64,000 nucleotides of DNA from the human T2T-CHM13v2.0 reference genome, Homo sapiens: assembly GCF_009914755.1 (NCBI RefSeq), contig NC_060930.1; one strand, 5' to 3'. This document shows, one piece after another, positions 62,602-64,000 of this stretch (the first letter of the stretch is position 1; the number at the start of each line of letters is the position of its first letter). Both the position numbers and the translations under genes were made by a program. The notes beneath the pieces are model-generated. The model was not told the DNA's origin. It saw only the letters and a program-made list of their open reading frames with translations, and searched no databases.

Positions 62602-63350
62602 TAAATATCTTTCATTATTTTCATAAAGATCATAGAGCATAGTGACTCAGAAGTGGCTTGCTTTTATATTAGGCCAAAAAATAGAATACTCAAAGCACAG
62701 TAATAATTAGTAACTGAACCATGGAACTGAGGTTTGACAATACGTTTCTCCGTATCTCTAAGCAGGCTTTACATGTGTCTTCTCGTTTGTCCTCCCTTCC
62801 CCCTCATTATCTTTCCTCTCTTCTTCTTTCTCTTTCCTTCCCTCCTTGCTTTCTAAGTTTACTTAGTTGTTAATGTTCCCTAAGAGCTTAAATCCTTTAA
62901 TCCAAAATGTTGGTATTAATGTGCACTAAGAAAATCAGTATTTTGGGTAGCAGTTTAAATTGCTTCTCAAAATCCTTTTATTGGTACCTAACTACAATAG
63001 AGTATGATAAGTGCTTTAATAATTAACTATTATAAAGTATGCTAAATGCTTTTATAAAAATATATTCAAAGTGCCAGAGGGGAAAGATCTTCTGTTGAAG
63101 AGGGAGCAGAAGAGAATGCTTCATATAAGAAGTGACATTTTAATTGGGTTTGAAAGTTGAGTAGGAGTTTCCCCTGTGCCTGATGTAAGGCAGATTAGGC
63201 AAAAGGAGCAGCATTCATTCAACATCAACAAATAATAATTGCGTGATGATTGTATTCCATTTACTGTTCAAGACATTGGGAATATAATGATGACTAAAAC
63301 TAGTGAGACTTCTACCTTCATGGAGCTGATATTCCAGTGGGGAGACAGAC

Positions 63351-63718
63351 TGTATTAGTCTGTTTTCATGTTGCTGATAAAGACATGCCCAAGACTTGGT
63401 ACTTTATAAAGAAAAAAAGGTTTAATGGACTCACAGTTCCATGTGGCATAGGAGGCCTCACAATCATGGTGGAAGGTGAGAGGCATGTCTTACATAGCAG
63501 CAGACAAGAGAGACAATGAGATCCAAGTGAAAGGGGTTTCCCCTACAAAACCATCATCAGATCTTGTGAGACTTACTCACTACCACGCGAACAGTATGGG
63601 GGAAACCGCCCACATGATTCAATTATCTCCCACCAGGTCCCTCCCATGACACGTGGGAATTATGGGAGCTACAGTTCAAGATGAGATTTGGGTCAGGATA
63701 GAGCCAAACCATATATCG
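63351..63718 (-). mobile_element. THE1 (B-like) MaLR solo LTR inserted in an L2 fragment
   Basis: tgtattagtctgttttcat...gagccaaaccatat. TSD cagac/cagat. Confidence 0.88.
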
Positions 63719-64000
63719 CAGATAAACAAGTAAGTGTAGTGAAATAAAACTATGGCAGGATAAGAGAGAAGAATGAGACTTGTGGAGGTGACTCTATTAA
63801 TTTAAATAAGGTTGTTTGGTGTGTTTTGAGAAACCCTAGTCCTGAGAGATCTATGAGAAATGGATTCTGGGGACAAATTAGTTTGAGAAACGTTACCCTA
63901 TTAAGTTCTGCCATAAAGAAACTTATGTAATTGTGGATTAAAGCCAGTTAAACAAGTTATTAGACAAGAAAACCCCCGATCATCACTAGGATTTTGTGAG

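Overview
Primate (almost certainly human) genomic DNA, AT-rich and dense in transposable elements. It lies inside a PRIM2-type gene (DNA primase large subunit, p58) on the + strand. Only two coding exons are present: 38790-38916 (aa F341-G383, probably exon 11) and 44068-44150 (G383-Q410, probably exon 12), both with canonical splice sites. The first exon has an in-frame TAG at the Y347 codon (38808-38810). The window is therefore most likely the segmentally duplicated pseudogene copy (PRIM2BP-like) rather than functional PRIM2. The rest is intron: the 5' end of a young L1PA2/3 on the minus strand whose antisense promoter and broken ORF0 point into the gene, about 25 Alus, a two-LTR MER31-type ERV with gag/pro/RT remnants, solo LTRs (MER51, MER21, MER34-like, MER77-like, MLT1/MLT2, MST, THE1), old L1s, MIR/L2 and DNA transposon fossils. 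I found no new multi-gene system. The most unusual structures are: (i) locally templated insertions just upstream of exon 11, namely a ~214-bp ~97%-identical inverted copy of a MER21 segment and an 83-bp copy of a neighbouring Alu; (ii) an L1 ORF0 splice donor in phase with exon 12; (iii) an octamer/CCAAT tandem array in a MER51 LTR; (iv) two L1 3' ends under one TSD. Repeat family names and PRIM2 residue numbering come from my recall of consensus/reference sequences, not from a database run.
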